Positions 34,474 through 45,100 of a stretch of 64,000 bases of DNA are shown here, piece after piece (positions within the stretch are counted from its first letter, which is position 1; every line of letters starts with the position of its first letter). The translations under genes and the position numbers were made by a program. Below the pieces are notes generated by a model. That model saw only the letters and a program-made list of their open reading frames with translations, was not told the DNA's origin and did not search any database. Location: the NCBI GenBank assembly GCA_964606915.1, contig CAZSIQ010000005.1:8472-72471 (forward strand), given 5' to 3'. This DNA is from an uncultured Woeseiaceae bacterium (GTDB taxonomy: Bacteria > Pseudomonadota > Gammaproteobacteria > Steroidobacterales > Woeseiaceae).

Positions 34474-34496
34474 AGGTTGTTATTTTATAACACTAA
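34474..34496. promoter_or_regulatory. Zur box B (operator of folE2)
   Basis: Perfect core palindrome TGTTAT-TTT-ATAACA (34478-34492), 71-85 nt upstream of the folE2 ATG. Shares TGTTATAAAAT(A/C)AC with box A on the gene strand. Confidence 0.75.
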
Positions 34497-34612
34497 CGAC
34501 ACCAGACCAAATCCGGCGGCCCGGGAAAGTCAAACGGATACAGAGACCTGCGGCTTGGGGACACGGTGCCTGACGCCCTCGGGGCAGACGCTGCCTTGCC
34601 CCGGTGACCACG

Positions 34613-34642
34613 CAAAAACAGGACCCGCCTTACCGCCGGGCG
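34613..34642 (-). terminator. possible terminator after the e(P4) phosphatase gene
   Basis: Imperfect GC stem (CCCGCC/GCCGGG, one mismatch), followed on the minus strand by TGTTTTTG. Confidence 0.35.
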
Positions 34643-34687
34643 TTTCGGACGCCAGGCGCTGCCGGGCGACTCAACATCCCGCCGGGA

Positions 34688-35521
34688 TCAATCGATACCG
34701 CGAATCAGGCTGCGCTTCTCCGTCGCGGAACGCGGCTTCCAGCCGCCGTAGGTCGGATTGGGCAACATGAACCAGGTCCTGCCCCAGTTGTCTTCGAACT
34801 CGGCCGCCGATGGCCTCCCCGCCGAACCGTGCTCTTCGGTGAAATCGCCGAACTGATCGCCAAACAACATAACGATGTCCCGATCAAGCTCGACACAGGC
34901 CCGGCGCGAGGTCTTGTCCGACGACCAGGTACCGTCTGCCTGTTCCTCTGCCGTCAACAGGGACTGGCACGGCCCCGGCGGTTTCTGGCCACGCAGGTAC
35001 AACGTCGTTGACGACGTGTCGATGCCAACGTCCTCGAGATTGACGCGCGTGTCCTCGATCTGCGGGCAGGGATCGCTGGAATCGGGTCGTTCGATGCAGG
35101 TCCGGTTGGTGATGAAAACAACGTGAAAGCCGAGTGACTGACTTTCGCGAATGAACGCAACCACACCCGGAACCTCAACCGCATCTCGCAACGCCAGCCA
35201 GCGGTCCCAGCTTTCGCTGCCGTAGGTGTCGTCATCGAGAACCAGCTGTCCCTGGTACGGCGAGTTGTCGAGAACCGTCTCGTCGACGTCCAGCACGATT
35301 GCCATTCGCGCGACGTCCCCCGACTGGGCGACGTCGGCCAGCGCAGCGGTCGCCGACGCATACACACCAGCCGTCAATGCTGCGTACTCGGATGACGACT
35401 GCAACCAGACGACGGAGTCTGTGTTGTCGTGACTCGGTGCCGGGTCGGGAACACCCGTTGCGGCGCAGCCGGTGAGACCGAGGGCAATCAACAATGACAG
35501 GGAAATTCGTTCGAGAGTCAT
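34688..35521 (-). CDS. class B/C acid phosphatase, lipoprotein e(P4)-like (HAD superfamily)
   Basis: ATG at 35521 gives lipobox ALGLTGC. HAD motifs VLDVDETVLDN, FITNR, LFGDQFGDF. Confidence 0.8.
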   Translation of the reverse strand: MTLERISLSLLIALGLTGCAATGVPDPAPSHDNTDSVVWLQSSSEYAALTAGVYASATAALADVAQSGDVARMAIVLDVDETVLDNSPYQGQLVLDDDTYGSESWDRWLALRDAVEVPGVVAFIRESQSLGFHVVFITNRTCIERPDSSDPCPQIEDTRVNLEDVGIDTSSTTLYLRGQKPPGPCQSLLTAEEQADGTWSSDKTSRRACVELDRDIVMLFGDQFGDFTEEHGSAGRPSAAEFEDNWGRTWFMLPNPTYGGWKPRSATEKRSLIRGID

Positions 35522-35749
35522 GACTAGCTCGCTGTGCCTTGATGCGGGCAATCTAACCGATTCCACACGGCCGCGGGCGACTATCTCAGGTCTTCAGACC
35601 AAGCCATATTGCACGAAATTGCGGTCCGAACCTTCCTCTAAACGCCTTGTCTGTCACCTCACGGATACAAAAAAGCGGTTTCTTCTGTAAGAATCGCCCT
35701 CCTACCCGGCCCACCCGCACGGGGTGGCACTCAAAAACTGGACGTCAAC

Positions 35750-37915
35750 ATGAAGCTAAAACAACTCGCGACGCTGCTCTCGGCGACCGCAATCCTCGCT
35801 GCCTGCAGCGGCGGCGACGAGGCTACGACAGCCGCAACCTCCGAGTCAGGCGACGCGCCCGACATGACCGTTTCCGAGGCCGACCTGGCCGCCAACCCGT
35901 TCCGCGCAGACTGGGACACGCCCTTCGGCGTACCGCCGTTTGCCGAGATCGACGACGCGCATTTCATGCCGGCCTTCAAGCAGGGTGTCGTGGAGCTGCG
36001 CGCAGAAATTGACGCAATCGTCAGCAACCCGGAGCCGGCGAGTTTCGAAAACACGATCCTCGCGCTCGAGAAATCCGGCGATTCCGTCACCCAGGTTCTC
36101 TACACGTTCTACCCGCTGGTTGGCACCGAGCTGAACGACGAGCTCCGGAAGCTGCAGCAGGAAATCGGCCCGATGTGGTCTCGCGAGACCGACGCCATCA
36201 CGTTCAACGATGCGCTGTTCAAGCGTGTACAGGCCGTCTACGACCAGCGTGAATCCCTGGATCTCGGCGAACAGGAGGCCCGTCTCCTCGAGCTGACCCA
36301 TCGACGCTTCGTGCGCTCGGGCGCTGCTCTCCCGGACGACGTGAAGGCCGAAGTTGCGGACATCAACTCCCGGCTGTCGGTCGTGACGACGCAGTTCGCA
36401 CAGAACCTGCTGGCTGCGACCAAGGCTTTCACGATCGAGCTGACCGACGAAGCAGACACGGCCGGCTTGTCCGACAGCTTTAAAGCCAGCATCTGGGACG
36501 AGGAAAAGCAGGCCTGGGTCCTCGGCCTGAACCGCAGCGTCTACGAGACTTTCATGACGCAGTCGGAGAACCGCGAGCTGCGCAAGCGCCTGTTCGACGG
36601 TTACACCAATCGCTCCAACTCCGGCGAGTTCGACAACAGCCCGCTGCTGATTGAAACCGCGCAGCTGCGCGCCAAGCGTGCTGAGTTGATGGGATACGCA
36701 TCACACGCGCACTACCAGCTCGACGTCCGCATGGCGAAGACACCGAAAGGCGCCGAGGACTTCCTGCTGCGCGTCTGGGAACCCGGACTCGCGCAGGCCA
36801 AGCAGGAACGCGCCGACATGCAGGCGCTGATCGGTGACGAGTTCACCTTCGAGGCGCATGACTGGTGGCACTACTCCGAGAAACTTCGCGCGGAACGCTT
36901 CAATCTGGATGAAAACCAGCTGAAGCCCTACTTCGAGCTCGGTGCCGTAACCGACGGCGCCTTCGAGATGGCGAAGCGCCTGTTCAACGTCACGTTCGAG
37001 GAAATCGATGTGCCGACCTGGAACGACGTCGTCACGGCCTACGAAATCAAGGATGAAAACGGCGTACACCTGGGCGTGTTCATGATGGACATGTTCGCGC
37101 GCGACTCGAAGCGCGGCGGTGCGTGGATGAACAGCTACCGCGGGACATCGAACATCGACGGCGAGCGCATTCGCCCGATCGTCACCAACAACATGAACCT
37201 GTCGCTGCCGCCGGAAGGCTCGCCGGCGCTGATGCGCTTCTCCGAGGTTGAGACCCTGTTCCATGAGTTCGGACACGGCCTGCACGGCCTGATGACGCAG
37301 ATCGACTACCCGACCTTCTCCGGCGTAGACGGTCCGCGGGACTACACCGAGTTTCCGGCGCAAATCCTCGAGCACTGGACGTCACAGCCGCAGATGCTGG
37401 AAATCTACGCGCGTCACTACGAGACGGGTGAAGTCATTCCGACCGACCTCGTCGAGCGCCTGCTTGCGGCGTCAAACCACAACCAGGGTTTTGCGACGAC
37501 GGAGTATGTTGCTGCATCGCTGCTCGACATGCGCTGGCACATGCTGAGCTACGACGAAGCCATGCAGATTACCGACGCGAAGGCGTTCGAGGACCAGATC
37601 CTCGACGAGTACGGCCTGATCGACGAGATCGAACCGCGCTACCGCTCGCAGTACTTCTCGCACACCTTCGCGGGCGGCTACTCGGCGGGTTACTACGCCT
37701 ACCTGTGGTCCGAGATTCTCGACGCGGACGGCTTTAACGCGTTCCTAGAAGCGGAAGACATCTTCGATCCCGAAACAGCGGGTCGCCTGAAGAAGTGGAT
37801 CTACGAAGCCGGTGGCCTGCGTGAGGCCGACGAGCTGTACCGCGAGTTCCGCGGCAAGGATCCGAGCATCGAGCCGCTGCTCGAAGGTCGTGGCTTCGCG
37901 ACCAGCGGAGGCTAA
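35750..37915 (+). CDS. dcp: M3-family peptidyl-dipeptidase Dcp (lipoprotein)
   Basis: 721 aa. Lipobox AILAAC. Zinc motif LFHEFGHGLHG. M3 length and C-terminal pattern. Confidence 0.85.
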   Translation: MKLKQLATLLSATAILAACSGGDEATTAATSESGDAPDMTVSEADLAANPFRADWDTPFGVPPFAEIDDAHFMPAFKQGVVELRAEIDAIVSNPEPASFENTILALEKSGDSVTQVLYTFYPLVGTELNDELRKLQQEIGPMWSRETDAITFNDALFKRVQAVYDQRESLDLGEQEARLLELTHRRFVRSGAALPDDVKAEVADINSRLSVVTTQFAQNLLAATKAFTIELTDEADTAGLSDSFKASIWDEEKQAWVLGLNRSVYETFMTQSENRELRKRLFDGYTNRSNSGEFDNSPLLIETAQLRAKRAELMGYASHAHYQLDVRMAKTPKGAEDFLLRVWEPGLAQAKQERADMQALIGDEFTFEAHDWWHYSEKLRAERFNLDENQLKPYFELGAVTDGAFEMAKRLFNVTFEEIDVPTWNDVVTAYEIKDENGVHLGVFMMDMFARDSKRGGAWMNSYRGTSNIDGERIRPIVTNNMNLSLPPEGSPALMRFSEVETLFHEFGHGLHGLMTQIDYPTFSGVDGPRDYTEFPAQILEHWTSQPQMLEIYARHYETGEVIPTDLVERLLAASNHNQGFATTEYVAASLLDMRWHMLSYDEAMQITDAKAFEDQILDEYGLIDEIEPRYRSQYFSHTFAGGYSAGYYAYLWSEILDADGFNAFLEAEDIFDPETAGRLKKWIYEAGGLREADELYREFRGKDPSIEPLLEGRGFATSGG

Positions 37916-37929
37916 CAAAGAGGTTGGAT

Positions 37930-37953
37930 GGTCCGCCGTCTCTGCGGCGGCGG
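37930..37953. terminator. bidirectional stem-loop between dcp and the HupE/UreJ gene
   Basis: 9-bp stem GGTCCGCCG/CGGCGGACC with a 6-nt loop. Confidence 0.55.
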
Positions 37954-37957
37954 ACCG

Positions 37958-38725
37958 TCAGACCGCGAGCAAACGCTCGACGGTCCAGAAGCAACCGACC
38001 GCCGCGATGCCAAGCGTCGACGGCAGCACGACGAAGCGCCGGTAGGTCGATTCCGGCAACTGCCGCGCCTCGAACAGGCGACGCAGCATCGTCGCCAGCA
38101 CCAGGGCCACAAGCACAACGCCGATCTGGCCAATCTCCACGCCGACGTTGAAGCCGATCAAACCGGCGAGAAACTGGTTGTCCGGTAAGCCCAGCTCGCC
38201 AAAGAATCCGGCAAAACCCAGGCCGTGCAGCAGGCCGAACAGGAAAACGACCGGCAACCGCCAGCTTGGCAAGCGTTTTACAAACAGGTTTTCTATCGCG
38301 ACGAAGGCAATCGTGGCCGCAATCAACGCCTCAACCCACGCGGAATTCAGGCTGATCAAACCCGCCGCCGCCATCCCGAGCGTCAGGCTGTGTGCCAGTG
38401 TAAACATCGTGACCTGCAGGACGAGTGCGCGCAGTCGCGTCGACGTCAGGAACAGCGCAAGCACGAACAGGATGTGATCCAGCCCGCCGGGCAGGATGTG
38501 GCCCACGCCGATCCCGGTGTACAGCCACGCGGTGGCCATGGAGCCCAGTTCGTTACCCTGCGCATCGAGCAGCGGCCTCAGCTCGTTCCCCGATTGCATG
38601 GCGTTCAGCGCTTCGCAAAGCGCAGGGTCGAGGCCGCCCTCGCCCGGTACACAGAATTCGTCTTCGGGGTGGGCACCGGCCGACGAAGCCAGCACCAGCA
38701 ACAGCAGGGCGATAAGCGAGCGCAT
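37958..38725 (-). CDS. HupE/UreJ-family metal transporter
   Basis: 255 aa. Signal peptide ending ...SSAGA then HPEDEF. GHILPGGLDHILFVLAL and GLLHGLGFAG motifs. Confidence 0.75.
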   Translation of the reverse strand: MRSLIALLLLVLASSAGAHPEDEFCVPGEGGLDPALCEALNAMQSGNELRPLLDAQGNELGSMATAWLYTGIGVGHILPGGLDHILFVLALFLTSTRLRALVLQVTMFTLAHSLTLGMAAAGLISLNSAWVEALIAATIAFVAIENLFVKRLPSWRLPVVFLFGLLHGLGFAGFFGELGLPDNQFLAGLIGFNVGVEIGQIGVVLVALVLATMLRRLFEARQLPESTYRRFVVLPSTLGIAAVGCFWTVERLLAV

Positions 38726-38763
38726 GGCCGGACTGTACGCGAAGCACCCGGCCGGCGTGAGTC

Positions 38764-39849
38764 CTATTTGGCGGTGACGGCCTCGAGTGTCATGACCATC
38801 GGCAGGTGATCAGACACGCCTTCCAGCGCTTCGAGATTGAAGCGTTTGACAGTTCCGTCTTCGTTCAACTGGTCGGGGTACTGGTCAGCGATAAATACGC
38901 CGCCCTGCTTGATGCGCCAGTCGGTATCGGCCGATTCCGCCGGTGAGAAAAAGATCGTGTCGAGGAACGACCAGCTCTGGCCCCGCGACCAGTAATTTGT
39001 ACCCTTGCAGCCTTCGCAGTCCACTTCGTGCGCAATCGTCCAGAACGGGCGCGCGCGATCGTCAAGAATGGTGGTACCGGTCACTTCGCGCAGCGGTGTA
39101 TTGAAGTCGCCTGCCGCGAACACGAAGTGGTCAGACGGCACGTTCGGCCGCAACGAATTCAGGTGGTCGTAGGCCAGCTCGCGCATCTCGATCGGGTGGA
39201 ACGGCGCCGGGAAATGCACGCTGTAGCCGGTCAGCAGGCTGCCGTCCGGGAGCTCAAACGTCGCCTCGAGCACACCGCGGGTATCCGGCTGCCGATCAGG
39301 AAACCCGGTGGCTTCGAAGTCATGGTGTACCGGACCGGCGACAACCGGCAAGCGCGACAGGAACGCGACATCGATGCCGCGAAGATCCTGGCCTTCAATC
39401 AGGATCGCCTCGCCATAACCGGCCTCTGCCATGTAATCCGTCGACAGCCGGGTGAGCACCGCCGCGTTCTCGACCTCCTGAAACGCAATGATGTCCGGAC
39501 CGCGACCGTCATTGACCTGCAGGATGGATTTCGCGACCTGGCCAAGCTTGAAGTCCAGCGCCTCCTCGGTCCAGTCCAGCTCAAGGCAGTCGCGGCGCCA
39601 GCGTTCGACCTCAAGCGGTTCGCATTTGGCGATATGCGCCGGATCGTCCTTCACGGCTCGCGGCAGGTAGGTGTGATCGTCCTTGCCCTCGTCGTCGGTC
39701 GTGTCAAACAGGTTTTCGACGTTGAAGGTCATGATCGTGACCTCCGCGACAGCAGCCTCTGTCGTGTCAGCGTCCTGCACGGGCGCCTCCTTCTCGGCAC
39801 AGCCGGCGAGGAGAAATGCGCAAAAAACTATTGGGATTAATCGATTCAT
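38764..39849 (-). CDS. endonuclease/exonuclease/phosphatase (EEP) family lipoprotein
   Basis: ATG at 39849 gives lipobox FLLAGC. EEP motifs IMTFNVENL, IIAFQEVE, AAGDFN, VSDHLP. Confidence 0.7.
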   Translation of the reverse strand: MNRLIPIVFCAFLLAGCAEKEAPVQDADTTEAAVAEVTIMTFNVENLFDTTDDEGKDDHTYLPRAVKDDPAHIAKCEPLEVERWRRDCLELDWTEEALDFKLGQVAKSILQVNDGRGPDIIAFQEVENAAVLTRLSTDYMAEAGYGEAILIEGQDLRGIDVAFLSRLPVVAGPVHHDFEATGFPDRQPDTRGVLEATFELPDGSLLTGYSVHFPAPFHPIEMRELAYDHLNSLRPNVPSDHFVFAAGDFNTPLREVTGTTILDDRARPFWTIAHEVDCEGCKGTNYWSRGQSWSFLDTIFFSPAESADTDWRIKQGGVFIADQYPDQLNEDGTVKRFNLEALEGVSDHLPMVMTLEAVTAK

Positions 39850-40132
39850 GGCGTGTAAAATTCCACAGGTCCACTCAATGTCCGAGTGTGAGTATCTATC
39901 AGTTGTGTGACGGTCGTTCGGCTTCAGCGCTCGCACAAGCTTCGCATCCGGTTTCAGCGCCCCTGCCAGGATCCCATTCTCGTTAAGGGGGGAACCGAAT
40001 CAAGTGGCAGAGCTGTCACTTTTTTCGTCCAGGCGGATCGGTTTTTTAATGATACGGCGACCACCGAGATCTACACAGCGACAGGCCAGGCCCTGGACGC
40101 AAACCTATTCTGAACCTGACAGGCGGGACTTC

Positions 40133-42037
40133 ATGTTTTTCGACGACTCCGACAACCAGACATCCAACCCACGCGTAGCGGAGGGTGCCCAGACGATCGA
40201 TGAACTCATCGGCATCCGGTTGTCACGACGCGCGTTTCTCGGCGGTGTCACGGCAACCACGGTCGGCCTCGCGCTGGGTGGCTGCGCGACTGACGAGACG
40301 CTGCAGGCGGAGACGCTCGCGATTGATTTCGACTTCGAGGAAATCCCGCGCGGGCTCGACCAGACGCACCACGTCGCCAAGGGCCACACGGCGGATGTCT
40401 TGATTCGCTGGGGTGACGCGATGTTCAACGACAGCCCGGCGTTCGACCCGATGCGCCAGACCGAGACAGCACAGCTTCGCCAGTTTGGCTACAACAACGA
40501 TTACATAGGCTTCGTGGCGCTGGACGCGGACGATGCCGGCCGCGCGCGTGGCCTGCTGTGCGTTAATCACGAGTACGGCTCGACCAACCTGATGTTCCCT
40601 GACGTTGTCGCGGGCTACCCGGAATCGATGACCGAGGCGCTGTGCCTGGCCGAGATGGCTGCTCACGGCGGCAGCGTGCTGGAAGTCGTTGAAACCGACG
40701 ATGGCTGGAAGCCGGTCGTCGGTTCCCGTTACAACCGTCGCATCACCCCGCACACGACACCGATGGAAATACGCGGCCCGGCCGCTGGCAGCCCCAGACT
40801 GGTGACCAGCGATGACCCGACTGGCCGGCTGGCCGCCGGCACAATGAACAACTGCGCTGGCGGCATCACGCCGTGGGGCACCTGGCTGATGGCGGAGGAA
40901 AACTTCAACTACCACTTTCTCGGGCAGCCGCCCGAAGGCCACCCGGAAACGGAAAACATGAAACGCTACGGCGTGCCGGCCGCGCTGTATCAGTGGGGCC
41001 GACACATCGACCGTTATAACCTGGCGACGGAGCCGAACGAGCCGAACCGTTTCGGCTGGATTGTCGAGGTGGACCCGATGGACCCGACGTCCACGCCGAA
41101 GAAACGCACGGCACTCGGCCGCTTCAAGCACGAAGGCGCCGAGAGCGTCATCGCCCCGGACGGCCGGCTGGTCATCTACATGGGAGACGACCAGCGCTTC
41201 GACTACGTCTACAAATACGTGTCGGCATCTCGTGTGGATACGTCCAACCCGGCTGCCAACACGGATCTGCTCGACGACGGCACGTTGTACGTTGCACGCT
41301 TCGATGAAGACGGTTCCGTCGAATGGATGCCGATCACGTTCGGGACAGGCCCGCTGACCGAGGAAAACGGTTTCGAATCGCAGGCGGACGTTCTGATCGA
41401 AACACGTCGGGCGGCTGACTTGCTCGGCGCCACGCCAATGGATCGACCCGAAGACGTCGAACCGGATCCGCGCACCGGTACGGTGTGGGTAATGCTGACC
41501 AACAACCACCGTCGCACCGAGGCACAAGTCAATGCGGCCAACCCCCGCGCAGGAAATTTGTACGGCCACATCGTTCAGATCATTGAGCCGGACGGCGATT
41601 TCACGGCCACGCGCTCGCGCTGGGACATCATGGTGAAATGCGGCGATCCAAACGACCCGGCTGTTGGCGCCGAGTGGAATGCACAGACCAGCGAAAACGG
41701 CTGGTTTGGCAGCCCGGACAACTGTGCGATTGACCCTGCCGGTCGTCTCTGGGTCGCCACGGACGGTAACGAGGATACCGGTGCCGCCGATGGCATCTGG
41801 GCGATGGAAACCACGGGCGATCGACGCGGCACCGGCAAGGCCTTTTTCCGCGCGCCCGCCGGTGCCGAGGTCTGCGGACCGAAGTTCACACCGGACGGAC
41901 GCACGCTGTTTTTGGCCGTGCAGCACCCGGGTGACGGTAGCGGCACGACCTTCGAGAATCCGCGAACGCGCTGGCCGGACTTTGAAGACGGTATGCCGCC
42001 GCGACCGAGCGTGGTCGCCGTCAGGCGCGAGAGCTAA
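40133..42037 (+). CDS. phoX: PhoX-family alkaline phosphatase (Tat-exported)
   Basis: ATG at 40133. Twin-arginine signal LSRRAFLGG. DUF839/PhoX beta-propeller-type pattern (NNCAGG.TPWGTW, RFKHEGA, DRPEDVE). Confidence 0.8.
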   Translation: MFFDDSDNQTSNPRVAEGAQTIDELIGIRLSRRAFLGGVTATTVGLALGGCATDETLQAETLAIDFDFEEIPRGLDQTHHVAKGHTADVLIRWGDAMFNDSPAFDPMRQTETAQLRQFGYNNDYIGFVALDADDAGRARGLLCVNHEYGSTNLMFPDVVAGYPESMTEALCLAEMAAHGGSVLEVVETDDGWKPVVGSRYNRRITPHTTPMEIRGPAAGSPRLVTSDDPTGRLAAGTMNNCAGGITPWGTWLMAEENFNYHFLGQPPEGHPETENMKRYGVPAALYQWGRHIDRYNLATEPNEPNRFGWIVEVDPMDPTSTPKKRTALGRFKHEGAESVIAPDGRLVIYMGDDQRFDYVYKYVSASRVDTSNPAANTDLLDDGTLYVARFDEDGSVEWMPITFGTGPLTEENGFESQADVLIETRRAADLLGATPMDRPEDVEPDPRTGTVWVMLTNNHRRTEAQVNAANPRAGNLYGHIVQIIEPDGDFTATRSRWDIMVKCGDPNDPAVGAEWNAQTSENGWFGSPDNCAIDPAGRLWVATDGNEDTGAADGIWAMETTGDRRGTGKAFFRAPAGAEVCGPKFTPDGRTLFLAVQHPGDGSGTTFENPRTRWPDFEDGMPPRPSVVAVRRES

Positions 42038-42068
42038 GCCACTCGGCTAATCGGAATCAGACATCGGA

Positions 42069-42093
42069 GCCCCGGCGAAACACTCGCCGGGGC
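42069..42093. terminator. bidirectional stem-loop between phoX and the Asp-box protein gene
   Basis: 9-bp stem GCCCCGGCG/CGCCGGGGC with a 7-nt loop. Confidence 0.55.
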
Positions 42094-42106
42094 ATCGGTT
42101 GTCTGC

Positions 42107-45100
42107 TCAGTCTGTCCCCTGCCACTGCGGCACACGACCCGGTGTATACGGCGCGCCAAGCCGTTCCAGCTCCGCCTCGAGCGCTGACAAGTCCGAATCA
42201 ATCGACGTCAGGTCATCGAGTACGCCCCGGAACTCCTGCGCCGCGATCGCGTACGAGGACTCGTACTGCTCAGGTACGTCTGACCGGACGTTCAGCATCA
42301 GGCCGTAAACGGCACCGGCGCGACGCGTTACCGACCAAGGCGTGGGCTCGTTGCGCGATGAGACGCTGCTGTCGCCCAGCAGCAGGACGTTCAGTTCATC
42401 GAGTCGAGCCTCGATACCGCGCAGGCGTTGTTCCTGCGATTCGTCAGCCGCCGGTGTGCGCGGAATCGCAACCTTCAGGTGATCGATGCGCTGGTTCAGC
42501 GAGGCCGACAGTCGGCCGGCACCGGTCACGGCCCGGTACAACTCACCAGCCTTGCGCTGGAAGGCCAGCACGGCGTCCGGGTTGTTGCTGGTTTCCTTGC
42601 CCTGCGGCAGTGACTTGACGGTAAACGACTGCGCTTCACCGACTTCGGTCAGCTCACCCTGCTGCCGTATCGCGAGACTCACCGTGTACTCCCCGGGAGC
42701 CGCCAGCGGTCCCTGCGGGTCCGAGGACCACGGAGCGCGATTGCCCGACGATGACAGGCTTACCGGGTTGGTCGCCGGCCAGCGAAGATCCCAGGCGGTC
42801 CGGTGCAGACCGGCAGAGGTGTTGCCCTTGACCTGCTGGACGATCGTACCGTCACTGTCGCGGACGATCAGCAAAACGGCCGGGTCTTCTTCACGGTCCT
42901 CGGCGCGCACGGTATCCCAGTCAGGGTACGGCGTATCGCCACCGTCCTTCTCGATATCGATTTCCGCTTTGCGGCGCGTCTTCTGTGCGGTCTCGATTCC
43001 CTCTTCCAGGCGGTACGTGAACACCGCGCCAAACGGCGGGTTCGGTGCGACGTAGAAGTCCGCTCCATTGAAGCCGCGTTCGCCGTAGCCCAGCACGTCG
43101 CCGACGACGTAGGACCATGCATCACGAACGCCGAACAGGTGCTGTGAGCTCACATCCGCCTGCTTTGTACGCAGTGGCGAGTAGTCATCGAGAATGTAGA
43201 TACCCCGACCGAAGGTGCCAACGACCAGGTCGTTCTCACGTCGCTGGATCTCGATATCACGTACCGAAATCGTCGGCAGGCCTGACTTCAGTCGATGCCA
43301 CGACGCACCACCGTCCTGCGTGAAGAACAGGCCGAACTCCGTACCGACAAACAACAGGTTCGGGTCAACGTGATCCTCGACAATGGTGTGTGCCGATCCC
43401 CGTTCCGGCAGGTTCGAAGAGATCAGCGTCCAGCTGCGGCCGCGATTCTCGGTCTTCAGTACGTAGGGCTTGTGATCGCCGCGCTTGTGATTGTCGATGG
43501 TCGCGTAAGCCACGTCCGGGTCGTGCAGGGACGCCACCGTATCCTCGATCAGCGACATGTCCGGCACGCCACGGAAAGACTCGGTCCGACGCCAGGTTTC
43601 CCCGCCGTCCTCGGTGACGTTCATCACGCCATCGTCCGTACCGACATAGATCAGGCCTTCCGTCAGCGTACTTTCGGACAACGCAATGGCCGCGCCGTAG
43701 ATCGACGTCGAGTCATTCTTCGCGATGGTGTCGATACTCCAGACCCGATCCATAACCTCCAGCATGTTGCGATCGAGCTGTCGCGTCAGGTCGGGACTGA
43801 CCGCCGTCCAGCTGTTGCCGCGATCATCGGAACGGAAGAGTTTCTCGGCCGCATAGTAGATGCGCTTGCTGTTATGCGGGCTGACGATCAGCGGCGTGTT
43901 CCAGTTCCACTTGTAGTTGTTTTCACCGCTGCCCGGATGCGGGACGATGAACACGCGTTCGCCGCTGGTTATGTCGTAGCGTGCGAGACCGCCGTACTGG
44001 TACTGCGCGTAGATGATGTTGGGATCGTCCGGATCAAACTGCGGTTCGTAACCGTCCCCCGCCAGCACCAGGTCCCAGTCCCGGTTCGCGATACCGTGTC
44101 GCTTCGTCGTGCGCGACGGACCGCACATGGAGTTGTTGTCTTGGGTACCGCCGCAGACGTTGTAGAACGGCTCGCCGTAGTCCGGCTGGATACGATAGAA
44201 CTGCACGATGGGCAGGTTACTCATGTGCCGCCAGTTCGCGCCGTTGTCGTAGCTCTCGTAGATGCCGCCGTCGCCGCCAATGATCAGGTGGGCCGTGTTG
44301 TCCGGGTTGATCCACAGGGCGTGATCATCAACGTGTCGATGTTCGATGCCCAGTCTCGACCAGGAACGGCCACCGTCCATTGACTCATACGTGAAGGTGT
44401 CCAGCGAGAAGACGCGGTCCGGATTGACGGGGTCAACCACCAGCTCGTTGTAGTACTGCGGGCTGGTGGTCATGTGACTTGAGCGTTTCTCCCAGCGCAG
44501 GCCGAAGTCGCTCGAGTGGTAGACGCCGCGCTCATCGTCACTGGCTTCGATGATCGCGTAAATGCGATTCGGATCACTGGGCGCACCGGCGAGGCCGATA
44601 CGACCCATGTTATCGGACGGCAAACCGGCTGTAATTTCGGTCCAGGTCTCACCGCCATCTTCACTGCGGTGGATACCGCTGCCGGGACCACCGTTGATCA
44701 GGGTCCAGACATGTCGACGACGCTGGTAGCTCGACGCCACGATGCGATCACTGTTTCGCGGATCAACGACGAACTCGTTGATGCCCGTGTGCTCGTCGAC
44801 CGACAGGATCAGCTTCCAGGTCTCGCCTCCATCGGTGGTCTTGTACAGTCCGCGGTCACCGCCAGAATTCCACAGCGGTCCCTGCGCGGCAACCAGCACG
44901 GTGTCGGAATCCTCAGGGTCGATCCAGATCTGGCTGATATGCCCCGAGTCCTTGAGACCGGTGTTGGTCCACGTGACGCCGCCGTCGATTGACTTATAAA
45001 CACCGTCACCAAACCCAACACTGCGTTGCGCATTGTTCTCGCCGGTACCCACCCACACAACCTTGGGGTTTGCCGGGTCCAGCTCGACGACACCAAGCGC

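Noticed and set aside
40223-41926. 567-aa ORF on the minus strand
   Set aside because: It is fully antisense to the well-supported phoX gene. It has an Arg/Ala/Gly/Val-rich composition typical of antisense frames in GC-rich DNA, with no motif or signal. The same reasoning applies to other long antisense ORFs, for example 88-924, 43295-44383, 46309-47316, 60251-61120, 62435-63157 and 63003-63800.
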